64,000 nt of DNA, from IMG/VR virus record IMGVR_UViG_3300034073_003340, positions 356,634 to 420,633 of that record; one strand, given 5' to 3'. Under the pieces are notes generated by a model, which was not told where the DNA came from, ran no database searches, and was given only the letters and a program-made list of their open reading frames with translations. Each line of letters begins with the position of its first letter. The first letter of the stretch is position 1. This DNA is from a virus. The position numbers were made by a program, and so were the translations under genes. This document shows positions 8,620 through 16,799 of the stretch, in pieces.

Positions 8620-9084
8620 TTATACACGCTTGCTCAAGAGACGCTTGAACAAACCAATGAAGCGATTACCTAAACATTCAAGTTGAGTTTTGATAGAAGG
8701 ATCTCGCTGAGGCGTGATATCAGTCAGGCCGTTATAACGATCCAAGAATTTCCAAGAAATATCCTTGGCTCCGAAAACCTCAAGAGCCTTGAATGCCATT
8801 TCTGGATCTAGGTCGCTACAGGTGTAGATGTCAAATTCAATAAAAGGCTGCTCGCACTCATCCCAAGTATGTAGGACCATATGAGATGTTGTGATGAGAA
8901 CCATCGCGGTCATTCCGCGATTTCCAACCTGTTCACAATATTCAGCAGAAGCCTCTTTGAGAACTTCCATATTCATTGCGTGAACGATGTCAGTAAGCCA
9001 CTGTTCGACCATTCGCTCATCCTTTTTCAAGGGCGGACGATCAACAGCGGCGTGAACAATCAGGTGCTTGTGAAGCTTTGCCAT
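8620..9084 (-). CDS. speD: S-adenosylmethionine decarboxylase proenzyme, class 1 (SpeH/SpeD-like)
   Basis: Close match to small bacterial/archaeal AdoMetDC: HLIVHA...GMTAMVLITTSHMVLHTWDE...IEFDIYTCSDLDPEMAFKALE versus [20 protein letters not shown]...IDLFTCG. The Ser-His processing site is retained. Confidence 0.75.
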   Translation of the reverse strand: MAKLHKHLIVHAAVDRPPLKKDERMVEQWLTDIVHAMNMEVLKEASAEYCEQVGNRGMTAMVLITTSHMVLHTWDECEQPFIEFDIYTCSDLDPEMAFKALEVFGAKDISWKFLDRYNGLTDITPQRDPSIKTQLECLGNRFIGLFKRLLSKRV

Positions 9085-9169
9085 TTTATCTCCTAATCAA
9101 AAGATCGCGCTCTGCGATAAGCGTGTCTCGGGAAGATTAGGAAATCCGCTTCTTCCTCCGTAGCACTGT

Positions 9170-9616
9170 TTAGAAAAACTTTGCCGTAGCGGTGATATTT
9201 ATCGGACTAGAGATCTTCTCATATCCTCGACTGGCTATGAGGTCATTGGACTTTACTGGCTTGAATCCAGCGTCACGATCCAACGACCAAGTGATATGAA
9301 AAGTCTTACCGTCTGGTCGAACGGTTGTTCCGTCCACCTCTACAACCAGGGCTTCAATACCCAAGGGATCACAAGCATAACCAACCACCTTAAAAGTAGA
9401 AGCCTCGGGTAATGGCTGATCGCTCTTGACTCCCATCTTATACGTGATGTGATGACCAATGAACTCAGGGAACTTGGGAGGGAAAATGCTGGCAAGGTGT
9501 GAGCGACTTTGGTCACTGACTTCGAACGCCTGGTAGCCCCCGCGAGGCTTAGGCGCACTTTCCAAGATGTCTTTTGCTCTCATTTTTCCTCCACAAGAAA
9601 ACTTCTTATTGCGCAC
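9170..9616 (-). CDS. Hypothetical protein
   Basis: 148-aa ORF; the start may be at the internal MRAKD. Confidence 0.4.
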   Translation of the reverse strand: MRNKKFSCGGKMRAKDILESAPKPRGGYQAFEVSDQSRSHLASIFPPKFPEFIGHHITYKMGVKSDQPLPEASTFKVVGYACDPLGIEALVVEVDGTTVRPDGKTFHITWSLDRDAGFKPVKSNDLIASRGYEKISSPINITATAKFF

Positions 9617-9723
9617 CTAATGATAGACGTCAACCTTGATTTGATAAATCGTTCTGTATCCTGGTAGAAATAGACTTCTAGGGTTCTATACCTGTAAAAA
9701 GAATTCATAAGCAGAGGCAAGAG

Positions 9724-11595
9724 ATGTCCAATAACATTAAGAAACTAACAGATTATCAGCACGCTAGACTCAGAACAGAGATGTATCTGGGCTCAAGAGC
9801 GCTTCATACCCAAAGCGTCCTACAGTTTGTAGATGGTGTTCCTAAGCCAGTTGAAACAAGTTGGGTTCCGGCAACCTATACGGCTTTCAGAGAAGTTCTA
9901 GACAATGCCTTAGATGAGGTGGTAGGCCATGGACACGGATCCAGGATTGACGTAAACTACGACGTCAAGACTAGGGAAATCAGTATTTCTGATGACGGGC
10001 GTGGTATCCCCTTTACCTATGATGAATCACATAAGATGCATCTTGCTACCTTGGTTATGACCGAAGCGCGAGCTGGTCGAAACTTTGAGGAGCGTGGCGA
10101 AGTAGCAGGCACCAATGGTATTGGTGCGTCGGTTGTAAACTTTTGTTCAGAATATTTCCGAATGGAAATCAACAAGGACGGTGAACGTTTTCAACAAGAG
10201 TTCACGCAGGGCAATGCGGTTTTCGGTGATGAGCTTCAAGTTGGTAAAGCTAAAATCACCAAGAAGCAAGGTAAGAACGGAACCAAGATTACATTCAAAC
10301 TTTCAGACGAAGTATTTCCTGACCTAACACTACCTGAGGAATTTATCAGGACCAGAGTAACAGAGGTCGCGATCTGTAATCCTCTTATCAAAGTCTATTA
10401 CAATGGTGAACAGATCAAGGTAAAGCCCCGTCCAGAGCAAAGTTTGTTTCCTGGTTTGAAGCCTATTGCTCTTGAGGTAAAGGAAGACACGTTCCGTTCG
10501 CGCTTTTGGATTGTGCCTAACTGGATTGATGGCGGTGAACACGTTCACACGATTGTAAACAACATTCCCGCGTTCAACGGCGGGGTTCATATCGACACAT
10601 TCCGTCGTTTGTTCTATGGAAATCTTCTGACCGCGCTGGAGCGTGAAAGCAAGCGTCGCAAATTGAGTCCCAACCGCAGTGACGTCACTGAGGGTGTTCT
10701 GATCTACAATATTACGAACATGCGAGCTCCTAACTTTGACAGCCAGAGCAAGACTCGACTGATCAACGAAGAGGTAGGTAAGATCCTCAAGGATCACCTC
10801 GACAACCCAGAACTCTACAAGGACTTCATCAAGAAGAACAAAGAGTGGATTGAAGAGATCTACAAGCGTTGCGCAGAGCGTACGATGAAAAAGGATCTTG
10901 GGGACTTAGCAAAGGCTGCTAAGAAGAACCTTCGTAATAAGGTTCCTCGTCTCATGGACGCTGCGGGTCAAGATAGATCCAAATGTATCCTATTTCTAGC
11001 AGAGGGTGAATCAGCCATCTCAGGAATGGGTGCCGCCCGCGATCCTGATCTACATGGCGGTCTCGGCATGAAAGGCAAGGTTCTCAACGTTAACGGTGAA
11101 ATGCCCAAGAGGGTTATCGAGAACAAAGAGCTCGCTGACATCATGAATTGCTTGGGGCTGATTATTGGCCAAAAGGCGCACCGTGGTGCTTTGCGTTATG
11201 GTAAGGTTTACATTGCGCACGACATGGATCCTGACGGTTTGAACATTGGCGCTTTGATGATCAATTTTTTCCACACTTATTGGCCTGAGCTGTTTGATCC
11301 CAATCAGGAACCCTTTGTTCATATTTTTCGAACTCCCTTTATTATTGCGGAAAAGGGTAAGACTCGCAAATATTGGTATGCCCACAATTATCATGAGTTC
11401 AAACCTGAAGAATATAGTGGTTGGACCATCACGCGGGCCAAGGGGCTTGGAACGCTAACTAGGGAAGATTGGGAATATAGCTTAAAGAACCCAGAAGTAT
11501 ATCCGGTCTTGGATGATGGCAAAATTGGTGAAACTCTAGATTTGATTTTCAATAGCAAACGTTCAGACGATCGCAAGGCGTGGATTGGACTCTAA
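9724..11595 (+). CDS. DNA topoisomerase II large subunit (T4 gp39+gp60-like, GyrB-type ATPase plus Toprim)
   Basis: GHKL ATPase motifs (EVLDNALDE, DDGRGIP, GTNGIGAS), a Toprim segment (LFLAEGESA..., DMDPDG), and a length of 623 aa consistent with a fused 39/60. Confidence 0.85.
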   Translation: MSNNIKKLTDYQHARLRTEMYLGSRALHTQSVLQFVDGVPKPVETSWVPATYTAFREVLDNALDEVVGHGHGSRIDVNYDVKTREISISDDGRGIPFTYDESHKMHLATLVMTEARAGRNFEERGEVAGTNGIGASVVNFCSEYFRMEINKDGERFQQEFTQGNAVFGDELQVGKAKITKKQGKNGTKITFKLSDEVFPDLTLPEEFIRTRVTEVAICNPLIKVYYNGEQIKVKPRPEQSLFPGLKPIALEVKEDTFRSRFWIVPNWIDGGEHVHTIVNNIPAFNGGVHIDTFRRLFYGNLLTALERESKRRKLSPNRSDVTEGVLIYNITNMRAPNFDSQSKTRLINEEVGKILKDHLDNPELYKDFIKKNKEWIEEIYKRCAERTMKKDLGDLAKAAKKNLRNKVPRLMDAAGQDRSKCILFLAEGESAISGMGAARDPDLHGGLGMKGKVLNVNGEMPKRVIENKELADIMNCLGLIIGQKAHRGALRYGKVYIAHDMDPDGLNIGALMINFFHTYWPELFDPNQEPFVHIFRTPFIIAEKGKTRKYWYAHNYHEFKPEEYSGWTITRAKGLGTLTREDWEYSLKNPEVYPVLDDGKIGETLDLIFNSKRSDDRKAWIGL

Positions 11596-11608
11596 ATCTT
11601 GGTGACCA

Positions 11609-11893
11609 ATGAGCTATCATGACTGGCTTTCAATATGGTATTCCCCTAGTGAAGATGACATAATTGCCTTTATAACACTAGAGCGAATTGCGGAAATTGG
11701 GGGTGTTGATCTTTCCAACACCCCCAATGGGGTTGACGCCCACCAGATAAACTATGGTCTTTCTGTCATACAGAGATGGTGTCGACACCACTGCTCTTCG
11801 GTTCCAAGACCGGTCAATATTAGGGGTAAATCAGGCTTCGCCTTTACAAACCAGTCTGACGCAGTTCTGTTTAAACTTACCTGGGGTGGATAA
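11609..11893 (+). CDS. FKLTWGG-family small protein (array member 1)
   Basis: C-terminus WCRHHC...DAVLFKLTWGG; 1-nt TAATG overlap with the next gene. Confidence 0.65.
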   Translation: MSYHDWLSIWYSPSEDDIIAFITLERIAEIGGVDLSNTPNGVDAHQINYGLSVIQRWCRHHCSSVPRPVNIRGKSGFAFTNQSDAVLFKLTWGG

Positions 11894-12183
11894 TGGAATC
11901 AGATTACGACTACATAACAATTTGGATGACAACCAGGAATCCATCAAACGAAGACTACACTACATCAAAGTTGAGCAATGAGTGTGTTGAATGGCTGGAG
12001 ACCAATGTTGGCAAAGGTCTCTACAATTTTCACGCTTGGCTTCTATCCCATGACGACGACGATGTTCAATGGTGTTATTTAGGGTTTGAATGGCAGGACG
12101 GCAGATTATCAGATTATAGAAAATTCATGTTCAAAGATAGAAGAAAAGCTTTTCTTTTCAAATTGATTTGGGGAGGAAAGTGA
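11893..12183 (+). CDS. FKLTWGG-family small protein (array member 2)
   Basis: C-terminus ...VEWLETNVG...KAFLFKLIWGGK. Confidence 0.65.
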   Translation: MESDYDYITIWMTTRNPSNEDYTTSKLSNECVEWLETNVGKGLYNFHAWLLSHDDDDVQWCYLGFEWQDGRLSDYRKFMFKDRRKAFLFKLIWGGK

Positions 12184-12458
12184 AACAGTTTGTTTTCACT
12201 AGAAGTCGCCAGACTCCAGGAAATTCTATTAATGCCTGGCGATTGGGCGAACTCATGGGAGTGAAATTTGAAATCCTAGAAACCTATGAAAAATCGTGGA
12301 ACCAATTTGCTACCAGAATTATTGACGAGCTAAGTCTCTGGTGTAAGAATAGTGGGATAAGGCATTTTGGTCTTGGCTATACTCAGATCGCTATTCAAAT
12401 AACATTTGCGGAACCAGCAGATGCTATGCTTTTTAAGTTGAGATGGCACAATGCCTAG
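12168..12458 (+). CDS. FKLTWGG-family small protein (array member 3)
   Basis: C-terminus LWCKNSG...DAMLFKLRWHNA; 16-nt overlap with the previous gene. Confidence 0.65.
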   Translation: MGRKVKQFVFTRSRQTPGNSINAWRLGELMGVKFEILETYEKSWNQFATRIIDELSLWCKNSGIRHFGLGYTQIAIQITFAEPADAMLFKLRWHNA

Positions 12459-12654
12459 ACCACCTGAACCTGGATACCTACGATTCAATCCTCCTATAGC
12501 TCTGGGATCTGATCGATATTTTCGAGCCTGGGCCCTACTGGAAGATATGGGCATCAAAAACAAGGTGGCCTTTATCTACAGAGGAAGACAAGATCTCCAC
12601 GGTCTGGCCTTTCCTTCAAAAGAACAAGCAATGATTTTTAAGTTGAGGTTGTGA
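12451..12654 (+). CDS. FKLTWGG-family small protein (array member 4, short)
   Basis: C-terminus EQAMIFKLRL; ATGA-type coupling to its neighbours. Confidence 0.55.
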   Translation: MPRPPEPGYLRFNPPIALGSDRYFRAWALLEDMGIKNKVAFIYRGRQDLHGLAFPSKEQAMIFKLRL

Positions 12655-12905
12655 TGGGAACGGTTCACCGAAATGGCACTCCGCCAAAAAAGCTACTATT
12701 CAAAAAAGTAATCACGTTCTCTGACATGAAGTTCAATGAGGAAATCATTTGTAAATGGGCTCGAGAACACTTGGTTCATCATATGCAATATGATTTTGTC
12801 TTATTCAATGGTTCCAAGGGTAAGCTGAATAGATCAGTTGAATTCACTGCTTGGTTTCAAACCAAAACAGACTCTGAACGTTTTGAGTTAGCGTGGTTTC
12901 AATGA
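12651..12905 (+). CDS. Divergent family member (array member 5)
   Basis: C-terminus TDSERFELAWFQ resembles the motif weakly; translationally coupled to both neighbours. Confidence 0.45.
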   Translation: MMGTVHRNGTPPKKLLFKKVITFSDMKFNEEIICKWAREHLVHHMQYDFVLFNGSKGKLNRSVEFTAWFQTKTDSERFELAWFQ

Positions 12906-13198
12906 ATCAAAAAATCTACATAGTGGATAGAGAAGACCAGGTGGGTTGGTATCTAGATCCTGAATCCATAAGCTTTTGCCTCAACCTAAAGGATAAAAAG
13001 CGAGAGGTGAGAGAATGGCTAGAAGAAATGACCAATAGTATTGTCGTCATAAGCGGCCAGGGCAAGATGCCAAGATGTGGCACCGAGGATCATCCCACGA
13101 ATATGTTTAGTTCTATTCAAAGACATCAGTTCAGAGTATATTTTGCCGATGAGCAAGATGCTATGATCTTCAAGCTTAGGTGGGGAGGTTCTCCTTGA
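12893..13198 (+). CDS. FKLTWGG-family small protein (array member 6)
   Basis: C-terminus EWLEEMTN...DAMIFKLRWGGSP. Confidence 0.65.
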   Translation: MVSMNQKIYIVDREDQVGWYLDPESISFCLNLKDKKREVREWLEEMTNSIVVISGQGKMPRCGTEDHPTNMFSSIQRHQFRVYFADEQDAMIFKLRWGGSP

Positions 13199-13476
13199 GC
13201 AGTAATGTCTTTGAATGTGATGTTGATAACAAACATTACTGGATTATTTCTGTAGGTCTTGGTTCGTCTATAGCAATGCGTTTGTTAGACGTAGCCAGGT
13301 CTGAGGGTCGATGCCCTATGAGTCTGAGCAATCTAGCTGATGAAATACTCGATGCTTGTGGTCAATGGTGCTTTGAAAATTGTTCAGGAAATTATCAGCT
13401 TGACCCAACCTATAGATTAGAGATTTGGTTTGATGATCCAAGTGACGCAATGCTTTTTAAGTTAACTCATGGGTAA
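13180..13476 (+). CDS. FKLTWGG-family small protein (array member 7)
   Basis: C-terminus CGQWCFENC...DAMLFKLTHG. Confidence 0.65.
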   Translation: MGRFSLSSNVFECDVDNKHYWIISVGLGSSIAMRLLDVARSEGRCPMSLSNLADEILDACGQWCFENCSGNYQLDPTYRLEIWFDDPSDAMLFKLTHG

Positions 13477-13669
13477 CAATATGTTTAGTTGTAGATTATG
13501 GAAAATTACGATTTCGTCATTGTTTCCAAACGGTAACAACGTCAGAAACGTCTTTTGGGCTTACAACTTTGATGAGATCAGAGCGAGAGCAGCAGCAAAG
13601 CGATGGATCAAAAATGAAAACAACGGCGAGTCCGTTGACACCATCGTATCGGTTGACGTTATCAAGTAA
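13469..13669 (+). CDS. Small hypothetical protein inside the array (no family motif)
   Basis: 66-aa ORF translationally coupled to member 7 and lacking the FKLTW tail. Confidence 0.35.
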   Translation: MGNNMFSCRLWKITISSLFPNGNNVRNVFWAYNFDEIRARAAAKRWIKNENNGESVDTIVSVDVIK

Positions 13670-13752
13670 GAGCTTAGAAGAGGGCATATGAGAAAACGAT
13701 CAGCCCTTTTCAGCGAACACTAGGAAGCAATCCCGCTTCCTGGAGTATTGTT

Positions 13753-14022
13753 ATGTCTTGGAGCCCTCCCCGTAAGTATAAGGGGAAGAGAAGTCAGTGG
13801 CCGCAGGCTGCTGAAGTCACGATTCATTATCCCGAAACCCTGTCGGGCCGTTCTCTGAATGCCATCAGCTCACGCGAAGCCGTCCGCCAGATGCTTTATG
13901 AAATGGAAGAATGGTGTGAAACCCATTGCTCGCATGAATGGTATTCTGCCGGATATTCTCGGTGGTCTTTTGCTAAGACTTCTGAGGCGGTATGGTTTAA
14001 GATGGTCTTTGGAGGCAAATAA
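13753..14022 (+). CDS. FKLTWGG-family small protein (array member 8)
   Basis: C-terminus EWCETHCSHEWY...EAVWFKMVFGGK. Confidence 0.6.
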   Translation: MSWSPPRKYKGKRSQWPQAAEVTIHYPETLSGRSLNAISSREAVRQMLYEMEEWCETHCSHEWYSAGYSRWSFAKTSEAVWFKMVFGGK

Positions 14023-14387
14023 TGTCAGAAATGAAAATCACCAGGGTTTGGTGGCGAATCTTGAGACCTTACAAGGTCGAGTGGCAGGAAGCCTATTCCA
14101 AGCATCAAACTCAGGCCGGGGGTGGTCCGTTGAGGGGCGAAGAACTTCAAGGACCCTTTTATGTGATGCGATCTAAGGTTCAAAATTTTCTAGTAAATTT
14201 GCCGGAAGCATCATTCTTTGGAATCTCATATAAGGCATGCTGCTATGTCTACCAGACCAGACGGGTCGACTTTGGAACTGCTCCGGGACCATACGGTGGA
14301 AAAATCATAGCAAGTCCTCCGCCGCCATTCTATATGGCTAGGAAAGCAGATGCCCTGATGCTAAAGCTAGCGTGTGGAGGAGATTGA
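14022..14387 (+). CDS. FKLTWGG-family small protein (array member 9, divergent)
   Basis: C-terminus DALMLKLACGGD; 1-nt overlap with the previous gene. Confidence 0.55.
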   Translation: MSEMKITRVWWRILRPYKVEWQEAYSKHQTQAGGGPLRGEELQGPFYVMRSKVQNFLVNLPEASFFGISYKACCYVYQTRRVDFGTAPGPYGGKIIASPPPPFYMARKADALMLKLACGGD

Positions 14388-14733
14388 GCCTGGTCCAGCG
14401 CATGGAAGCGCAGAGAACGCATCCGTTAGGGTAGTCTCTGGAATACGTCTGAGGATTGGATTCACCGATCAAAAATTCAAGTATAGATTTGATTCACGTA
14501 ATTTCTATTGGAAACATGGTATCTCCCATGAAGTTCATCGATGGCTTAAAAGAACCTTTGGTCCCCAATGTCAAAATCGTGCGCTTTGGGATAACGAAAA
14601 CCCCGAGGATGGTCAGTGGATTTATTTAGGAAGTCAGAACCGCAAGAATCGCTCACAAAATACAGTGACGCTCCAGTTCAGATCTGTGAGTCAGGCATTG
14701 TTATTCAAGCTGACTTGGACGGGGCGTCTCTAG
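14374..14733 (+). CDS. FKLTWGG-family small protein (array member 10)
   Basis: C-terminus RWLKRTFG...QALLFKLTWTGRL. Confidence 0.65.
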   Translation: MEEIEPGPAHGSAENASVRVVSGIRLRIGFTDQKFKYRFDSRNFYWKHGISHEVHRWLKRTFGPQCQNRALWDNENPEDGQWIYLGSQNRKNRSQNTVTLQFRSVSQALLFKLTWTGRL

Positions 14734-15080
14734 AGTCTACCGGGCGCATTATACCGGATCATATAGGCAAAAGCATCAGACTAACTCAAGGATACAAAGT
14801 AAGTATACGTGGCCCCTCTCAGGGCCCATATAGTGGCAAAATTAATGGGTTTCATCGACACGGCTTCCCTTTGGATCTCAAGGATTGGTTAGACCGAAAT
14901 GTTGGTGATACTGCCCCTCATCATTTCTGGGAGGAGGGCCAAGGTGACTGGCTTTATCAAGGAAGTAGGTGGGCAAAAGGATATTCTAGTTTCAAAGGCG
15001 GAAGTCTTTATCTGGATTTCCGCATCAGGGATCGTCACAAAGCCTTACTCTTCAAGCTAACCTGGTATGATACTCTGTAG
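14616..15080 (+). CDS. FKLTWGG-family small protein (array member 11); start uncertain
   Basis: C-terminus DWLDRNVG...KALLFKLTWYDTL. The only in-frame ATG (14616) lies 118 nt inside member 10 in another frame, and there is no canonical start between 14734 and about 14870. Confidence 0.5.
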   Translation: MDLFRKSEPQESLTKYSDAPVQICESGIVIQADLDGASLESTGRIIPDHIGKSIRLTQGYKVSIRGPSQGPYSGKINGFHRHGFPLDLKDWLDRNVGDTAPHHFWEEGQGDWLYQGSRWAKGYSSFKGGSLYLDFRIRDRHKALLFKLTWYDTL

Positions 15081-15351
15081 ACTCCCATATGATCGCTGCT
15101 CGCAGCGATTTCACTATCATAACGACTGGGGTCGGCCAACAGTCAGTGTAGGCCTTAGAACTGATATGGACGAATGGTTTGTTGAGTATATGGGCAAGCG
15201 TCCACGTTATGATATAAACACTTGTCCTGGTTATATTGAATTCTATATGCCCAACCGTGGACTAGCAGCGTTATTCATACTAAGTTGGATCGGTGAGGAA
15301 TCTGTGATGAAGAACAAGCCTGTGCCCCGACCAGGTGGGGATCTCTGCTAA
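15067..15351 (+). CDS. Divergent family member (array member 12)
   Basis: C-terminal region ...GLAALFILSWIGEES; coupled to member 11. Confidence 0.45.
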   Translation: MILCRLPYDRCSQRFHYHNDWGRPTVSVGLRTDMDEWFVEYMGKRPRYDINTCPGYIEFYMPNRGLAALFILSWIGEESVMKNKPVPRPGGDLC

Positions 15352-15412
15352 CCTAGATATAGACGTGGCCCTGGTGTAATAAGTAAAATACACATATAAA
15401 CAGAGGCCACTA

Positions 15413-16765
15413 ATGAATCAAAATAGCTCATCAGATTATATCCTAGACACCAGTCGCGAATACTCAATTTACGTTTGCGAAAGCCGAGCAATTCCAAAAG
15501 TTGCTGACGGTCTCAAAGACGCCCAACGCAAGGCGTTATGGTTGGTTCGCAATAGATCAGATAAAACAAAAACCGTTTCGCTAGCTGGTGAAATGATTTC
15601 CAGCGGCCTTTATCTACATGGTGACCAAAGTGCGGCCGGGGCTATCAGCATGTTGGCTGCTCCATATGTTAACAATGTTCCACTTTTGGAAGGTATTGGT
15701 TCGTTTGGAACCCGAGTGGCACCGGTAGACGGTATCGGCGCTCCGCGTTATACCTATGTCAAACGTGGAAAAGCGGCCCAAGATCTTATGTTTATGGATC
15801 TTGATATCGTACCGGTCAAAGAAAATTATGACGGTTCCACTATCGAACCCCAAAACTTCCTTCCCCTCATCCCAACAGTGCTCTTAAATGGAGTCTCAGG
15901 CATTGCTGTTGGTTGGTCTACCGAGATCTTACCCAGATCCTTTAAGAGCCTCGTAGACGCCACATTGGCCATTTTAGACGGAAAAAAGATCAAGCGTATT
16001 CCACCTTCCTATGATCTCTACGACGTGGGGGTCAAACACTTGGAGGATAATTCTTGGGAGTTCACTGGTAAGTTGGAGATTGTTGATACCAGCACGATCA
16101 AAGTTACCGAACTGCCTCCAGAACTCACGTTGGAGAAATTCAAAGAACGTCTCAACACCTATGAAGACGAAAATAAGATCTCTTCATATACTGATCGTTC
16201 AACTGATACCATTGATATCACGATCAAAATGGCTAGAGGGTCTTGTAAGGGTTGGTCTTCTACTAGAGCTATTGAATATTTCAAACTCAAGCAGAAGAAG
16301 TCAGAACGTATTGTGGTTATCGACTGGAATGGATCCTCTATTCGTCAGTATGAAAGCGCCGAAAAGCTTGTTGAGGATTTTGTTGAATGGCGACTGGGAT
16401 GGTATAAGACCCGCTATGAAAACAAAGTGGCCAAGGACGAATATGAACTAGGATTTTGGAAGGGGGTCAAGCTTTGCTTTGATGATAAACTTCCTGCTCG
16501 ACTAGGTGCTATCAAGAGTCGATCTGAACTAGATCAGGACGTCAACAACGTTACATCAAAGCTTGCCCTTGATAACAAGCGTATTGACCGCATCGTCAAT
16601 CTCCCAGCTCATCGTTGGACCAAGGATGCGTATGGTGATGTTTTGGCCAAAATCAAAGAGCTAGAAGCTAACATTAAGGAATACAAGCGTATTCTAAAGG
16701 ATCCTGAGGAGCGAAAGTCCATCTACCGATCAGAAGTAGAGGCTCTAAAAAAGACCAAGTTCTAA
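15413..16765 (+). CDS. DNA topoisomerase II medium subunit (T4 gp52-like, GyrA-type breakage-reunion domain)
   Basis: N-terminal DGLKDAQRKALW (the GyrA/ParC DGLKPVQRR signature) and a length of 450 aa like gp52. Confidence 0.8.
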   Translation: MNQNSSSDYILDTSREYSIYVCESRAIPKVADGLKDAQRKALWLVRNRSDKTKTVSLAGEMISSGLYLHGDQSAAGAISMLAAPYVNNVPLLEGIGSFGTRVAPVDGIGAPRYTYVKRGKAAQDLMFMDLDIVPVKENYDGSTIEPQNFLPLIPTVLLNGVSGIAVGWSTEILPRSFKSLVDATLAILDGKKIKRIPPSYDLYDVGVKHLEDNSWEFTGKLEIVDTSTIKVTELPPELTLEKFKERLNTYEDENKISSYTDRSTDTIDITIKMARGSCKGWSSTRAIEYFKLKQKKSERIVVIDWNGSSIRQYESAEKLVEDFVEWRLGWYKTRYENKVAKDEYELGFWKGVKLCFDDKLPARLGAIKSRSELDQDVNNVTSKLALDNKRIDRIVNLPAHRWTKDAYGDVLAKIKELEANIKEYKRILKDPEERKSIYRSEVEALKKTKF

Positions 16766-16767
16766 GC

Positions 16768-16794
16768 AAATGGGGAGGCTCAGCCTCCCCATTT
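16768..16794. terminator. Bidirectional rho-independent terminator between convergent gp52-like and 16800..18053 genes
   Basis: AAATGGGGAGGC-tcag-GCCTCCCCATTT, followed by TCTTTAT. Confidence 0.65.
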
Positions 16795-16799
16795 CTTTA

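Noticed and set aside
12424-12445. MotA-box-like (TGCTT) sequences recurring across the small-gene array
   Set aside because: They coincide with the codons for the conserved D-A-M-L-F-K-L peptide (gatgctatgcttttt...), so the recurrence is explained by protein conservation and not by promoter elements.
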